Below are positions 30,901 to 37,027 of a DNA stretch of 64,000 nt, in pieces. The notes under the pieces were generated by a model. It saw only the letters and a program-made list of their open reading frames with translations, had not been told where the DNA came from and did not search any database. This stretch comes from a bacterium CG_4_9_14_3_um_filter_65_15. Lineage in GTDB: Bacteria; Krumholzibacteriota; Krumholzibacteriia; LZORAL124-64-63. The position numbers and the translations under genes are program-made. The first letter of the stretch is position 1, and every line of letters begins with the position of its first letter. The stretch is taken from contig PFVX01000024.1 in the NCBI GenBank assembly GCA_002790835.1, positions 7,167 through 71,166 of the forward strand, written 5' to 3'.

Positions 30901-31514
30901 CGGACTTTTCCCTATCGGTCAGCGGTCTGGAGAAATGGGGGGTTTTCGGGGGCATCGCCAGCGACCCCAATGCGGGCAGGTTCCGTTCCGCGAACTTCAA
31001 TATCAGCTACAAGAAATCCGAAACGGTGAACAACTACACCGATACCTATTACAACCCCACCGTCAACAAGGTGATTTCGCCCCGCCTGACCTTCAATTTC
31101 CGGAGTGGTTTGTCGGCAACGGCCAATGCCACGGTGACCAGCAACGATGCTCAGTCCAACGGTGTGTTGACGTCCCTGCGCCGCCAACGCATCGGCTTGC
31201 AACTGAGGCACCAGTTCCGGGCCCAGAGGCTGCTGGCGAAACTGGGGCTGTACCGGCCCGGAAACAATCCCTCCATCACCATGGATGTGGATATCTCCTA
31301 TCAGCGCTCCCGCACCGAACGTTTCACTCCGGGTAGCGTGGTTTCCGCCCCCACGGGCCAGTCCAGTATCAGCCTGCGCCCCCGCTTCAGTTATCAGATT
31401 TCCCGGAGTCTCAGCGGCGCCTTCAACATGGGTTTTTCGAAGTCCAAGGATATCGCCACCGACCGGACAACGACTTCTCTCGGCATGGGAGTGGAGATGA
31501 CCTTTGTATTCTAG
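24990..31514 (+). CDS. sprA: T9SS outer-membrane translocon SprA/Sov (giant beta-barrel, 'cell surface protein SprA')
   Basis: Size is about 2,175 aa (SprA-like). It has an N-terminal signal peptide (RWYLGLLLLLGVLWGTADRALA), a long beta-rich sequence with G/T/S/N/Y periodicity, and a C-terminal aromatic residue (…GMGVEMTFVF) typical of OM barrels. The N-terminal region resembles the SprA N-domain (..SGTIGEKI.IEVDHNS..). The start is uncertain between 24930 and about 25035. Confidence 0.7.
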   Translation: MIRPHSPTGRGPGSVQVNPRPPSRAPRQSTGPRWYLGLLLLLGVLWGTADRALADPNYEGPLLYGLDPVIRSTDNPRLLGVDRLLLLRRMKSLGIDPQRTGITRPTLESSLRRVWDDRSRVDLQRRETVLEYNGLFGLMFEFRYPTFMFFYQEAVALPGGLTYYPPRPVRDPAVQVFVDDLHQGMMRRQTVDRRLTRMDDLAVAGKGRQNGQNDGLINLTIPIKLPHTLEKIIGRGEKTRIKISGREHFALNGESTVIKPFVGNERMSNQSLFPSLDMKQELQINLSGTIGEKIIIEVDHNSEAIGPEATKIKLMYQGLEDEVIKTIETGDVGLTLPGSQLLGYSSNKSGLFGFKVTGQVGRTDFTFVTSKQKSQSSSKTFNAKGGQEEDRIINASDYLNNRFFKLDLPDSEPQGRRQGETIVYGSVKIFKWLGTGIRGEGEVAVAAYFDSLGVHAWDSIDFGHPEPITEVGPRWQEITDFEALLDAAGSLIAIDMGRSYLDEDVLAVIYDVVDGNGVITSVGDKPGVDEPVQELPNDEGTFYRMKLLKVPHNKSNSRLFNYVLRNIYPLGGSNIDASTFDLRIEYEKPGLDQPQQDVNGLDFFRIFGLDQENAQGEPGHDNVVDFHDPYLFDLERGLLKFPLDFPTPFAADSTQYEAYADDSEKFKWETSTLKDNLAPEFYNYDKTIPPSRFGEYSRFHFVVHHASASSNISLGTSSIEEGSESVVVNGRTLTRGTDYSIDYTFGEIQLLGDAANLTPDSQISVNYQYAPFIGGGKTSLTGLNLGYDLGRNAKMSTTWLYQSEAIVGEKAKLGEEPSHTLVGNVNLNTTLKPYLLTHVANFLSRHDSDRESSIQLSGEMAVSLPNPNTKGQAYLEDFEGVDSSNYVSLTRASWSWASVPFLGEAYQDTSLDFRTFAPEKRVTTRWFLPRDRVLRRYLNPNLIKEERDDTQQVMDLYLRADEGWEGDNWGGIMRGISRTGLDLSKSQFVEIWVNDGIPEKEFRSGRLHIDFGYINEDGFWTRDLDSSLVIGNFDQEDGITYKPGPPPTGTPPDGIFSAGDEDIGLDGQGENGPQGYSAEYEIGGDSPFPRINGTARNSREDTEDLNRNARMDRNDGYFTTVIDLQDTPALIDVDYDFDSADVAELKDQNIAWRKYRIPLGAVDKVSVGSTADIRSITHARIWYENDTQEAPDAVRLQLSDFKFLGSRWEREGVRRISDEALLDDIERRGAQFFLGEVNNKENPDYVPPFAVHEINSIPEKEQALVLDFDDLQRGQMIRTSKVVSPRGDDYTFYKDLSWYFSNPSQQNVDLDLFFRVGSDSLNFYEVNYRFAQSTFKVGWQQFTVNLAELSNIKNGEIDIEGVAHGEVPDVNTGELYSARVVGRPDLRHIRRYYFGVMNQVLSEGAQGYFYFNDVRLLDVKKESGMAQRAGVRLNMADIIKVDFDWKHTDSEFHGLDERAGSGVDFRDWNVATNFKVDDFVPLLGFQLPVNLSRRRTVNRPKYEVNSDIEILEASTADAMSTIDAQERFSTRLRHPPSKAVLARYLVDPWTLQVSGSRTTYDGPLAERRGKSLQGSLNYDLRISGRHSLGDYPVLASVPLLRGLSLVPTKVTLGANFTNRWNATTTLNEDGVVTQRSQSQSRPGVLSANLDYNPSLILDLTLAAKSDRDLLREKRAFGVNVGEENQRSYDMRMTVKTPRAKDLPDGPLFMPLRSAARLANKLRPSVQFNGKFVDQHGPGVRQTAGQTNVRNINNSGNWDFRFDVPLGDWVKSVFPEHRVTSQERQRLINEQRRLEKRALRQGGSPPGQGQPEQDIDESGLTPEERQRREEERLLEGAQQRQEEEADQGLAEPEEAPPPTEGERLSPMILINPFLDLLRGTAPVKISTSRQQNSTYSQLRTGAPFWYQTGIENVLDAADSLYASRSYQDRKTLNLSSSSKITRNIGLDTKYTVTRSVRDQVGSTTRNKQVDWPDFSLSVSGLEKWGVFGGIASDPNAGRFRSANFNISYKKSETVNNYTDTYYNPTVNKVISPRLTFNFRSGLSATANATVTSNDAQSNGVLTSLRRQRIGLQLRHQFRAQRLLAKLGLYRPGNNPSITMDVDISYQRSRTERFTPGSVVSAPTGQSSISLRPRFSYQISRSLSGAFNMGFSKSKDIATDRTTTSLGMGVEMTFVF

Positions 31515-32463
31515 ATTGCGAACCTGGATCTGCAGGGCCCTGGTCGGTTTGATCGGGGTGGCCTTTGCATGGTCGACTTTCGCCTACGCGACGTCGGACA
31601 GCGGGGCGGTTCCCGTATTTTCCGGGAAACGCGCCATGGAACTCGTTCATCTCCAGTGCGACCTGGGTCCGCGGGTGCCGGGATCGCCGGCCAACCGCGC
31701 CCTGCAGGACACCATCCTGGCTCATGCGGAGGAATTGGGGTTCGAGGCTCGACGGGGTTGTTTCCGCGCCACGAATCCCCTGACCGGCGAAGAGATGGAT
31801 GTCTGCAATTTCGTGGTCATCCTGCCGGGCACGGGAGCCGGGCCTTCCCTGTGGTTGGGGGTCCACTTCGATTCCCGACCCCTGGCCGACCAGGACCCCG
31901 ATCCCCGGATCCGGACTCAGCCCGTCCCCGGGGCCAACGACGGCGCCAGCGGTGTGGCCGTCCTGTGGCACCTCATGGAAATGGCGGGGGCCAGCCCTCC
32001 GGCGCGCACCGTCGTGTTGATGTTCCTGGACGGCGAAGACTCCGGCCGGGAAGGGGATCCGGAGAGCTTCTGCCTGGGCAGCGCGCACCTGGCGGCCGGG
32101 TGGGGTGGGTTCAATAGTCTGTTGCCTGCCGCGAGGCCCGAGGGTGTGATCATCCTGGATATGGTGGGCGATGCCGATCTGGAAATCACCCAGGAATCCC
32201 TATCCTTGAAGTATGCGCCGGGTTGGACCTCACGGGTGTTCGAGAGGGCCGCCGCGCTTGGTCTGCCGGCGTTCCAGGCGCGCGGTGGTCGGGCTGTTTT
32301 CGATGACCACATTCCGTTTTTGCGCCGCGGCCTTCCCGCGGTGGATCTCATCGATTTCGACTACTCGCCCTGGCATACCGGCGGGGATGTTCCGAGTGCC
32401 TGCAGCGCTGGGAGTCTCGCTCAATCGGGCGCCCTGCTCACGGACCTGATCTACAATCCGTAA
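31504..32463 (+). CDS. Glutaminyl-peptide cyclotransferase-like protein (M28-fold, mono-zinc QC type), membrane-anchored
   Basis: HFDSR...PGANDGASGVAVL...FLDGEDSG matches the M28 zinc-site layout, but with N-D where aminopeptidases carry D-D, as in animal-type/Bacteroidetes glutaminyl cyclases. It has an N-terminal hydrophobic anchor. The TTG start at 31504 or 31516 overlaps or abuts the sprA stop. Confidence 0.65.
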   Translation: MYSRLRTWICRALVGLIGVAFAWSTFAYATSDSGAVPVFSGKRAMELVHLQCDLGPRVPGSPANRALQDTILAHAEELGFEARRGCFRATNPLTGEEMDVCNFVVILPGTGAGPSLWLGVHFDSRPLADQDPDPRIRTQPVPGANDGASGVAVLWHLMEMAGASPPARTVVLMFLDGEDSGREGDPESFCLGSAHLAAGWGGFNSLLPAARPEGVIILDMVGDADLEITQESLSLKYAPGWTSRVFERAAALGLPAFQARGGRAVFDDHIPFLRRGLPAVDLIDFDYSPWHTGGDVPSACSAGSLAQSGALLTDLIYNP

Positions 32464-32570
32464 GCCATCCGAGGGGGAGGATGATTCGCACTAAATTCCC
32501 TGCGCGGCCTGCCGATATGTCGGGGGACCGTTATCGCGCCCAGACCTTGGAATGTGCAAAGGAGCAGGGA

Positions 32571-33107
32571 ATGATCACCACCTGCACGGAGTGCCAGGCT
32601 CGTTATCAACTGGAGGACCAGAAGGTTCCCCGCCGTGTCATCAAGGTCCGCTGCCCTGACTGCAGCGGTATCTTCTCTCTGGATGGGACCGCTCGCGCCG
32701 AGGCGGAAGCTCCCCTGGTGGTCGAGCACGGAGGGCGCGATTTGACGCCGCAGCCGGTTGCTCCCGCGCCCCAGCTGTCCGGGGAACCCGTTCGGGCCCA
32801 GGCTCCGTCTGCCGGGGTTGCCGTCCTGGAAGAAACCGGCGTCGCCCCCGCAGCGAGTCGTGGCCGCCGCCGCCGCAGCAAGGAAGAGATGTACGCCCGC
32901 GCCCTGGTGTCGGATATCCTCGTCTACAACCGGGATGCCCGCGACCAGGCCCTCAAGGACGGGACCCTGGTCGAAGCCCTGGGGCAGGAGATCAAGAAGA
33001 GCTGGGAACTCTACAAGGAAAAGGTCACCCCGGAGGTGGCCAACGGCACCGATCATTTCAAGAAAGCCCTCAACGAGATCCTGGCCGAGGGCGCCGAGCT
33101 GTTCTGA
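32571..33107 (+). CDS. MJ0042-family zinc-ribbon protein with a C-terminal helical domain (function unknown)
   Basis: MITTCTECQARYQLEDQKVPRRVIKVRCPDCSGIF carries two CxxC pairs in the MJ0042-type zinc-finger layout. It is followed by a Pro/Ala-rich linker and a conserved-looking C-terminal EEMYARALVSDILVYNRDARDQALKDG... domain. ATG 32571 with RBS aaggagcaggga; the track ORF starts upstream at 32481. Confidence 0.6.
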   Translation: MITTCTECQARYQLEDQKVPRRVIKVRCPDCSGIFSLDGTARAEAEAPLVVEHGGRDLTPQPVAPAPQLSGEPVRAQAPSAGVAVLEETGVAPAASRGRRRRSKEEMYARALVSDILVYNRDARDQALKDGTLVEALGQEIKKSWELYKEKVTPEVANGTDHFKKALNEILAEGAELF

Positions 33108-33186
33108 TCCCGGGCGCCCCGACTTCGAGGCGTCCCTGTCCATGGCGAGACCCGGTCCTCGACCGGGTCTCCGCTTTTTGGGTTTT

Positions 33187-33630
33187 CTAGGACCCACCCC
33201 ATTTATCCCGACTGATCTCCTCGAGAATATCGTCGATCTGCTGCCTCACCCGGACGTTCTGGTCGGGTTCGAAGAGGGCTTGCTTGACCCTGCCCTGATC
33301 GTCCTTCTTCACGTAGCGCAGGCTCTGGAGGTCGGCCATGGACATGAGGATGTCCTTGCTGACCCGGACCTCGACCGGATGGCCCTCCTGGTTGAGGCGG
33401 GGATTGTTGAAGGGATGCATGCCGTTCCCCCAGCCGTGGACGACCATGGAGCAGAGCAGGGCGCGGAAGGTATTCTGGCCCTGCACGGTTTCCAGGTCGA
33501 AACTGCCCCCGACCTTCGCGATGACGCTGTCGATGACTGCGCACAATTTTGCCGCCAGTTGGGGTTCCACGTCCATCTGCAACAGTCGCGAAAACATGGT
33601 GTTGAGGATCTTGTCGGTGTTGGTGGACAT
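33187..33630 (-). CDS. Hypothetical protein (147 aa), divergently transcribed from the MglA-like gene
   Basis: The ORF MSTNTDKILNTMFSRLLQMD... starts at 33630 with a good RBS (gggag, 7-nt spacing). It is a soluble protein with no recognisable family. The track's longer versions (33753 start) lack an RBS. Confidence 0.5.
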   Translation of the reverse strand: MSTNTDKILNTMFSRLLQMDVEPQLAAKLCAVIDSVIAKVGGSFDLETVQGQNTFRALLCSMVVHGWGNGMHPFNNPRLNQEGHPVEVRVSKDILMSMADLQSLRYVKKDDQGRVKQALFEPDQNVRVRQQIDDILEEISRDKWGGS

Positions 33631-33892
33631 CTTGGAACTCCCGATCCTGTGCGGTCCTGTCGTTTCCCGTATGGGGGGGGATTGTCCCGAAATCCCCCAT
33701 CGGGGAGCATTGCGCCCGATTTCCGGGGAGGGTGTTGCAAATTGCTTGCCCAATCCGGTCGTACCCCCCGAATTCCCTTGAGTTTGTCAATACACCGGAA
33801 AATTTTCCATGGCATACCGATTGCACCCAAGGGGTGATCATGCCGCTGACCGTTCCTTTTGCCGGGGGTTGGATCCCGGAGGAGAGCTGCCC

Positions 33893-34720
33893 ATGTCGGT
33901 TCAGAATTTGACCGCCACCGCCTGCTGCCGTCTTCTGTATTACGGCCAGGCCGGAGTGGGCAAACGGGAGAATCTGCGGCTGATCCACCAGTTCGTGCCA
34001 CCGGAATCGCGCCTGTCGATCGCGGTGGAGGATCCCGAACGTCAGATCGGCTTCAACCTGCCCCAGCCGGGACAATCGTCGCGCCAGGTCCTGGTGCAGG
34101 CAGTGGATGTGGGGAAGGAGCGTTATCACGCCGCCGGGATGACGTCGCGGTTGCCCTTCGACGGCGTGGTCTTCGTCATCAACTCCGGAGTTTCCCAACT
34201 CGACCAATCGCTGGCCGCCTTCGAATCCCTCAAGATGTTCCTGGATTCGTGGGGGATGGACCTCATGCGGATCCCGGTGGTCCTTCAGTACAACCGCACC
34301 GGAAGTAACGAGGAAACGATCCCCGTGGATCGGCTGGAGAGCCTGCTCAATCCTTGGGGACTGCTCTCCTTCCCCGCCGCCACATTGCGCGGCGAAGGGG
34401 TCCGTGAAACCCTCAAGGCCGTCCTCGGCTTGGCGGTCAAGCACCAGGAGGAGCAGGCCGTCATGATGCCCAATTTCAACCCCCGGCACTCCGAGGCCCC
34501 ACCGGCGGAACCGGAGCCTCCGACGGAATCGAAGCTGCAACTGGAGTACGGCCCGGCGTTACCCGGCGCCGAGATGGAGGAATCCACCCGTCTGCGCAGT
34601 GAGCAGATCTTCAACGACCTGCGCCCTCCGCTGGTGATCCCGGTCAAGATTCCCCGTCGTCTGGTCAGCGGCCTCAAGGGACCGCTACGGGTCTTCCTGG
34701 AAATCGAATTCGAGGATTAG
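33893..34720 (+). CDS. MglA-like Ras-family small GTPase with degenerate nucleotide-binding motifs and an about 90-aa Pro/Glu-rich C-terminal extension
   Basis: Block-wise similarity to Myxococcus MglA: CCRLLYYGQAGVGKRENLRLI vs KIVYYGPGLCGKTTNLQYI; PFDGVVFVINSG vs GVDGVVFVADSQ; IPVVLQYNRTGS vs IPYVIQYNKRDL; GEGVRETLKAVLGLAV vs GVGVFDTLKAVAKLVL. The P-loop Ser/Thr is Arg, the switch-II Gln is Lys, and NKxD is NRTG. ATG 33893 with RBS ggaggagag. Confidence 0.7.
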   Translation: MSVQNLTATACCRLLYYGQAGVGKRENLRLIHQFVPPESRLSIAVEDPERQIGFNLPQPGQSSRQVLVQAVDVGKERYHAAGMTSRLPFDGVVFVINSGVSQLDQSLAAFESLKMFLDSWGMDLMRIPVVLQYNRTGSNEETIPVDRLESLLNPWGLLSFPAATLRGEGVRETLKAVLGLAVKHQEEQAVMMPNFNPRHSEAPPAEPEPPTESKLQLEYGPALPGAEMEESTRLRSEQIFNDLRPPLVIPVKIPRRLVSGLKGPLRVFLEIEFED

Positions 34721-34755
34721 CCGCCTGACTGTTGACCTGTTTGCGATCCTACCCT

Positions 34756-35637
34756 ATGGTCCCGACCATGGACACTCCAAGCACGACATCAGGGAAATCC
34801 GCCATCGGGCCGGATACCTTGGCGGACCAGCTGGCCGCCGGGCTCCGCCTGGAACGAGAGGGCCGGTGCGCGGCCGCCCTCGATCTTTACCACCACCTCC
34901 TGAGCGACCACCCCGACGAATGCCGCCTGCATTATCGGGCCGGCTGCGCGGCGCTCAAGATGGGTGAAGCCGCAACGGCCCAATCCTTTTTCCAGACCGC
35001 GGTGGCGCAGGATCCCGACAATCCCCGCTACCTGACGAATCTCGGGGTGGCTCTCGATCGCCTGGGCCGGCGCGAGGACGCCGTGAGGCTCTACAAACGG
35101 ACGGCCATGCTGGATGGGGGCACCGTGGTGGCTCACCATAATTTGGGTGCGATCTATGCCGAACAGGGGCGCATGGACGAAGCCTTGCGTTCGTTCCGGG
35201 CCGCCATCGCCCTGGAACCGGACGCCGAGGGCTATCACAACCTGGGACTCGTCCACTTCCGGGTCGATGATTTCGTTGCCGCCCTGGAGAATTTCCGCAA
35301 CGCCGTGGCGTGTGACTCCGGCTACGCGGTGGGCCACTATTACGTTGGCCTGTGCCTGATGAAAACGGGGAACTACATCGCCGCCATGGAAGCTTTCCAT
35401 AGAGCCTGGGGCCTGGATTCACGCCTCGCGCGGGTTCCCTACCACCTGGGATGCTGCCTGCACAAGCTGCAGCGGCATGAGGAGGCCCGCAGCCGCCTCG
35501 AACAGGCCCTGGACGCCTTCCCCGAGGATGGCCGTCTCCACTACCAGCTGGCCCTGACCTGTGACGCCTTGGGATTGCACCCCGAAGCCCGGATTCACTA
35601 CGGCATGGCCACGGGACGCAACAACCCCAACGAATGA
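34756..35637 (+). CDS. Tetratricopeptide-repeat (TPR) protein
   Basis: About 290 aa with at least six TPR units (e.g. AHHNLGAIYAEQGRMDEALRSFRAAIALEPD; GHYYVGLCLMKTGNYIAAMEAFHRAW). It lies immediately downstream of the MglA-like gene. Start is uncertain (TTG 34732, ATG 34756 or ATG 34768). Confidence 0.7.
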   Translation: MVPTMDTPSTTSGKSAIGPDTLADQLAAGLRLEREGRCAAALDLYHHLLSDHPDECRLHYRAGCAALKMGEAATAQSFFQTAVAQDPDNPRYLTNLGVALDRLGRREDAVRLYKRTAMLDGGTVVAHHNLGAIYAEQGRMDEALRSFRAAIALEPDAEGYHNLGLVHFRVDDFVAALENFRNAVACDSGYAVGHYYVGLCLMKTGNYIAAMEAFHRAWGLDSRLARVPYHLGCCLHKLQRHEEARSRLEQALDAFPEDGRLHYQLALTCDALGLHPEARIHYGMATGRNNPNE

Positions 35638-35675
35638 CACTTCCTTCACTGCCCTGAATACCGAAAGGATCCTCC

Positions 35676-36464
35676 GTGCCCGAGTTTCTCAACATGCTTA
35701 TCCTGGCGGTAGTCCAGGGGTTGACCGAGTTCCTGCCCGTCAGCAGTTCCGGTCATCTCGTCCTGCTCCAGCATTTCCTGGGAACCCGGGAAGGCGATGT
35801 GTTCTTCGATGTCGTCCTGCATGGAGGCACCCTGTTTTCGATTCTCGCGGTGTACCGCAGGGAACTGGTCCGGCTGCTGAAACTCGATTCCGATTCACTC
35901 CGGTACATTCTGGCCCTCGGCTTGGCGACGGTGCCGGCGGTGGTGGTGGGTCTGCTGGCGCAGGATACCATCGATCGCCTGTTCGGCGCCCCACGTCTGG
36001 CCAGCCTGGGCCTGATCTTCACGGGGTTGGTGCTGCTTTCCACCCGTCTGGTCCACGGGGCCGGGGGGGGCGACGCTGGCGAATGGAAACCCCGGCCGGT
36101 GGCACCGCTTCAGGCCCTGTTGATCGGATGCGCCCAGGCCCTGGCCATATGTCCGGGAATCAGCCGCTCGGGTTCGACCATCGCGGCATCCCTGTGGCTC
36201 GGATTGCCACGGACGGAGGCCACCCGCTTCAGCTTCCTGATGGCCATCCCGGCCATCGCCGGCGCGGTCGTCTTGAATCTGGTCAAGGGTGGCGGGGCCG
36301 ATAGTGTGGGGGGCGGGTTCCTGCTGGCTGCCGCCGTGGTTTCCTTCGGGGTGGGGCTGTTGGCTATCCGTTTGACGGCTCTGGCGGTGGTCCGGGCGCA
36401 TTTCTGGAAGTTCAGCTTCTACTGCCTCGCCGTGGGAGCGGTGGCCTGGATCGTCCTGTCCTGA
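35676..36464 (+). CDS. uppP: Undecaprenyl-diphosphate phosphatase
   Basis: VQGLTEFLPVSSSGHLVL is the N-terminal UppP/BacA signature; 262 aa, polytopic; a second conserved motif PGISRSGSTI is present. GTG start. Confidence 0.9.
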   Translation: MPEFLNMLILAVVQGLTEFLPVSSSGHLVLLQHFLGTREGDVFFDVVLHGGTLFSILAVYRRELVRLLKLDSDSLRYILALGLATVPAVVVGLLAQDTIDRLFGAPRLASLGLIFTGLVLLSTRLVHGAGGGDAGEWKPRPVAPLQALLIGCAQALAICPGISRSGSTIAASLWLGLPRTEATRFSFLMAIPAIAGAVVLNLVKGGGADSVGGGFLLAAAVVSFGVGLLAIRLTALAVVRAHFWKFSFYCLAVGAVAWIVLS

Positions 36465-36477
36465 TCGGGGCGGTCGA

Positions 36478-36852
36478 TCAGGCCGGGCTGCCCTGCAAGA
36501 GATTGGCCACCGTGGCTGCCACGCGGTTTTCGTCGAAGGGCTTGATGATGAAATCCTTCGCTCCGGCCTTGATGCCCGAAAGGACCAGGTTGCGTTGGCC
36601 CAGAGGTGCGACCAGGACGACCTGGGCCTCGGGATCGGCCGTCAGGATGCCGGTGAGGGCCTCCAGACCGTCTGCATCGGGCAAGGTGGTGTCCAGCATG
36701 ACAATCTGGGGCCGGAGTCTCCGGAATTCCTTGATGGTTTCTTCGGCGTCGGCGGCTTCGCCGACAACCTTCATTCCCATGTTTTCCAGAATGTCCCTGA
36801 GCATGGCCCGCATGAAGTCTGCGTCGTCGGCGATGAGTACGGTGTGGCCCAA
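36478..36852 (-). CDS. Stand-alone response regulator receiver domain (CheY-like)
   Basis: HTVLIADDADFMRAMLRDILENMGMKVVGEAADAEE...IVMLDTTLPDADG...VVLVAPLGQ...AGAKDFIIKPF carries the receiver Asp pocket (DD, D, T/S, K). A TTG at 36852 has RBS ggagg; the track ORF's upstream extension to 36945 is unlikely. Confidence 0.75.
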   Translation of the reverse strand: MGHTVLIADDADFMRAMLRDILENMGMKVVGEAADAEETIKEFRRLRPQIVMLDTTLPDADGLEALTGILTADPEAQVVLVAPLGQRNLVLSGIKAGAKDFIIKPFDENRVAATVANLLQGSPA

Positions 36853-37027
36853 AGGGTAAACCTCCGCGATGCTTGCTATGGGCGCCGCGAGGGCCAGCGC
36901 GGGGAACGGATTTCCGGGCGGTCTGTTTGCAAAGTACGCGTACATGATCGGCCCGGTAGCCGGGGACTTTAGGACCCGGTGTCACGGGTGAGTTGAATAG
37001 GTGGTGGGATCCTCGAGGAGGGGACTT

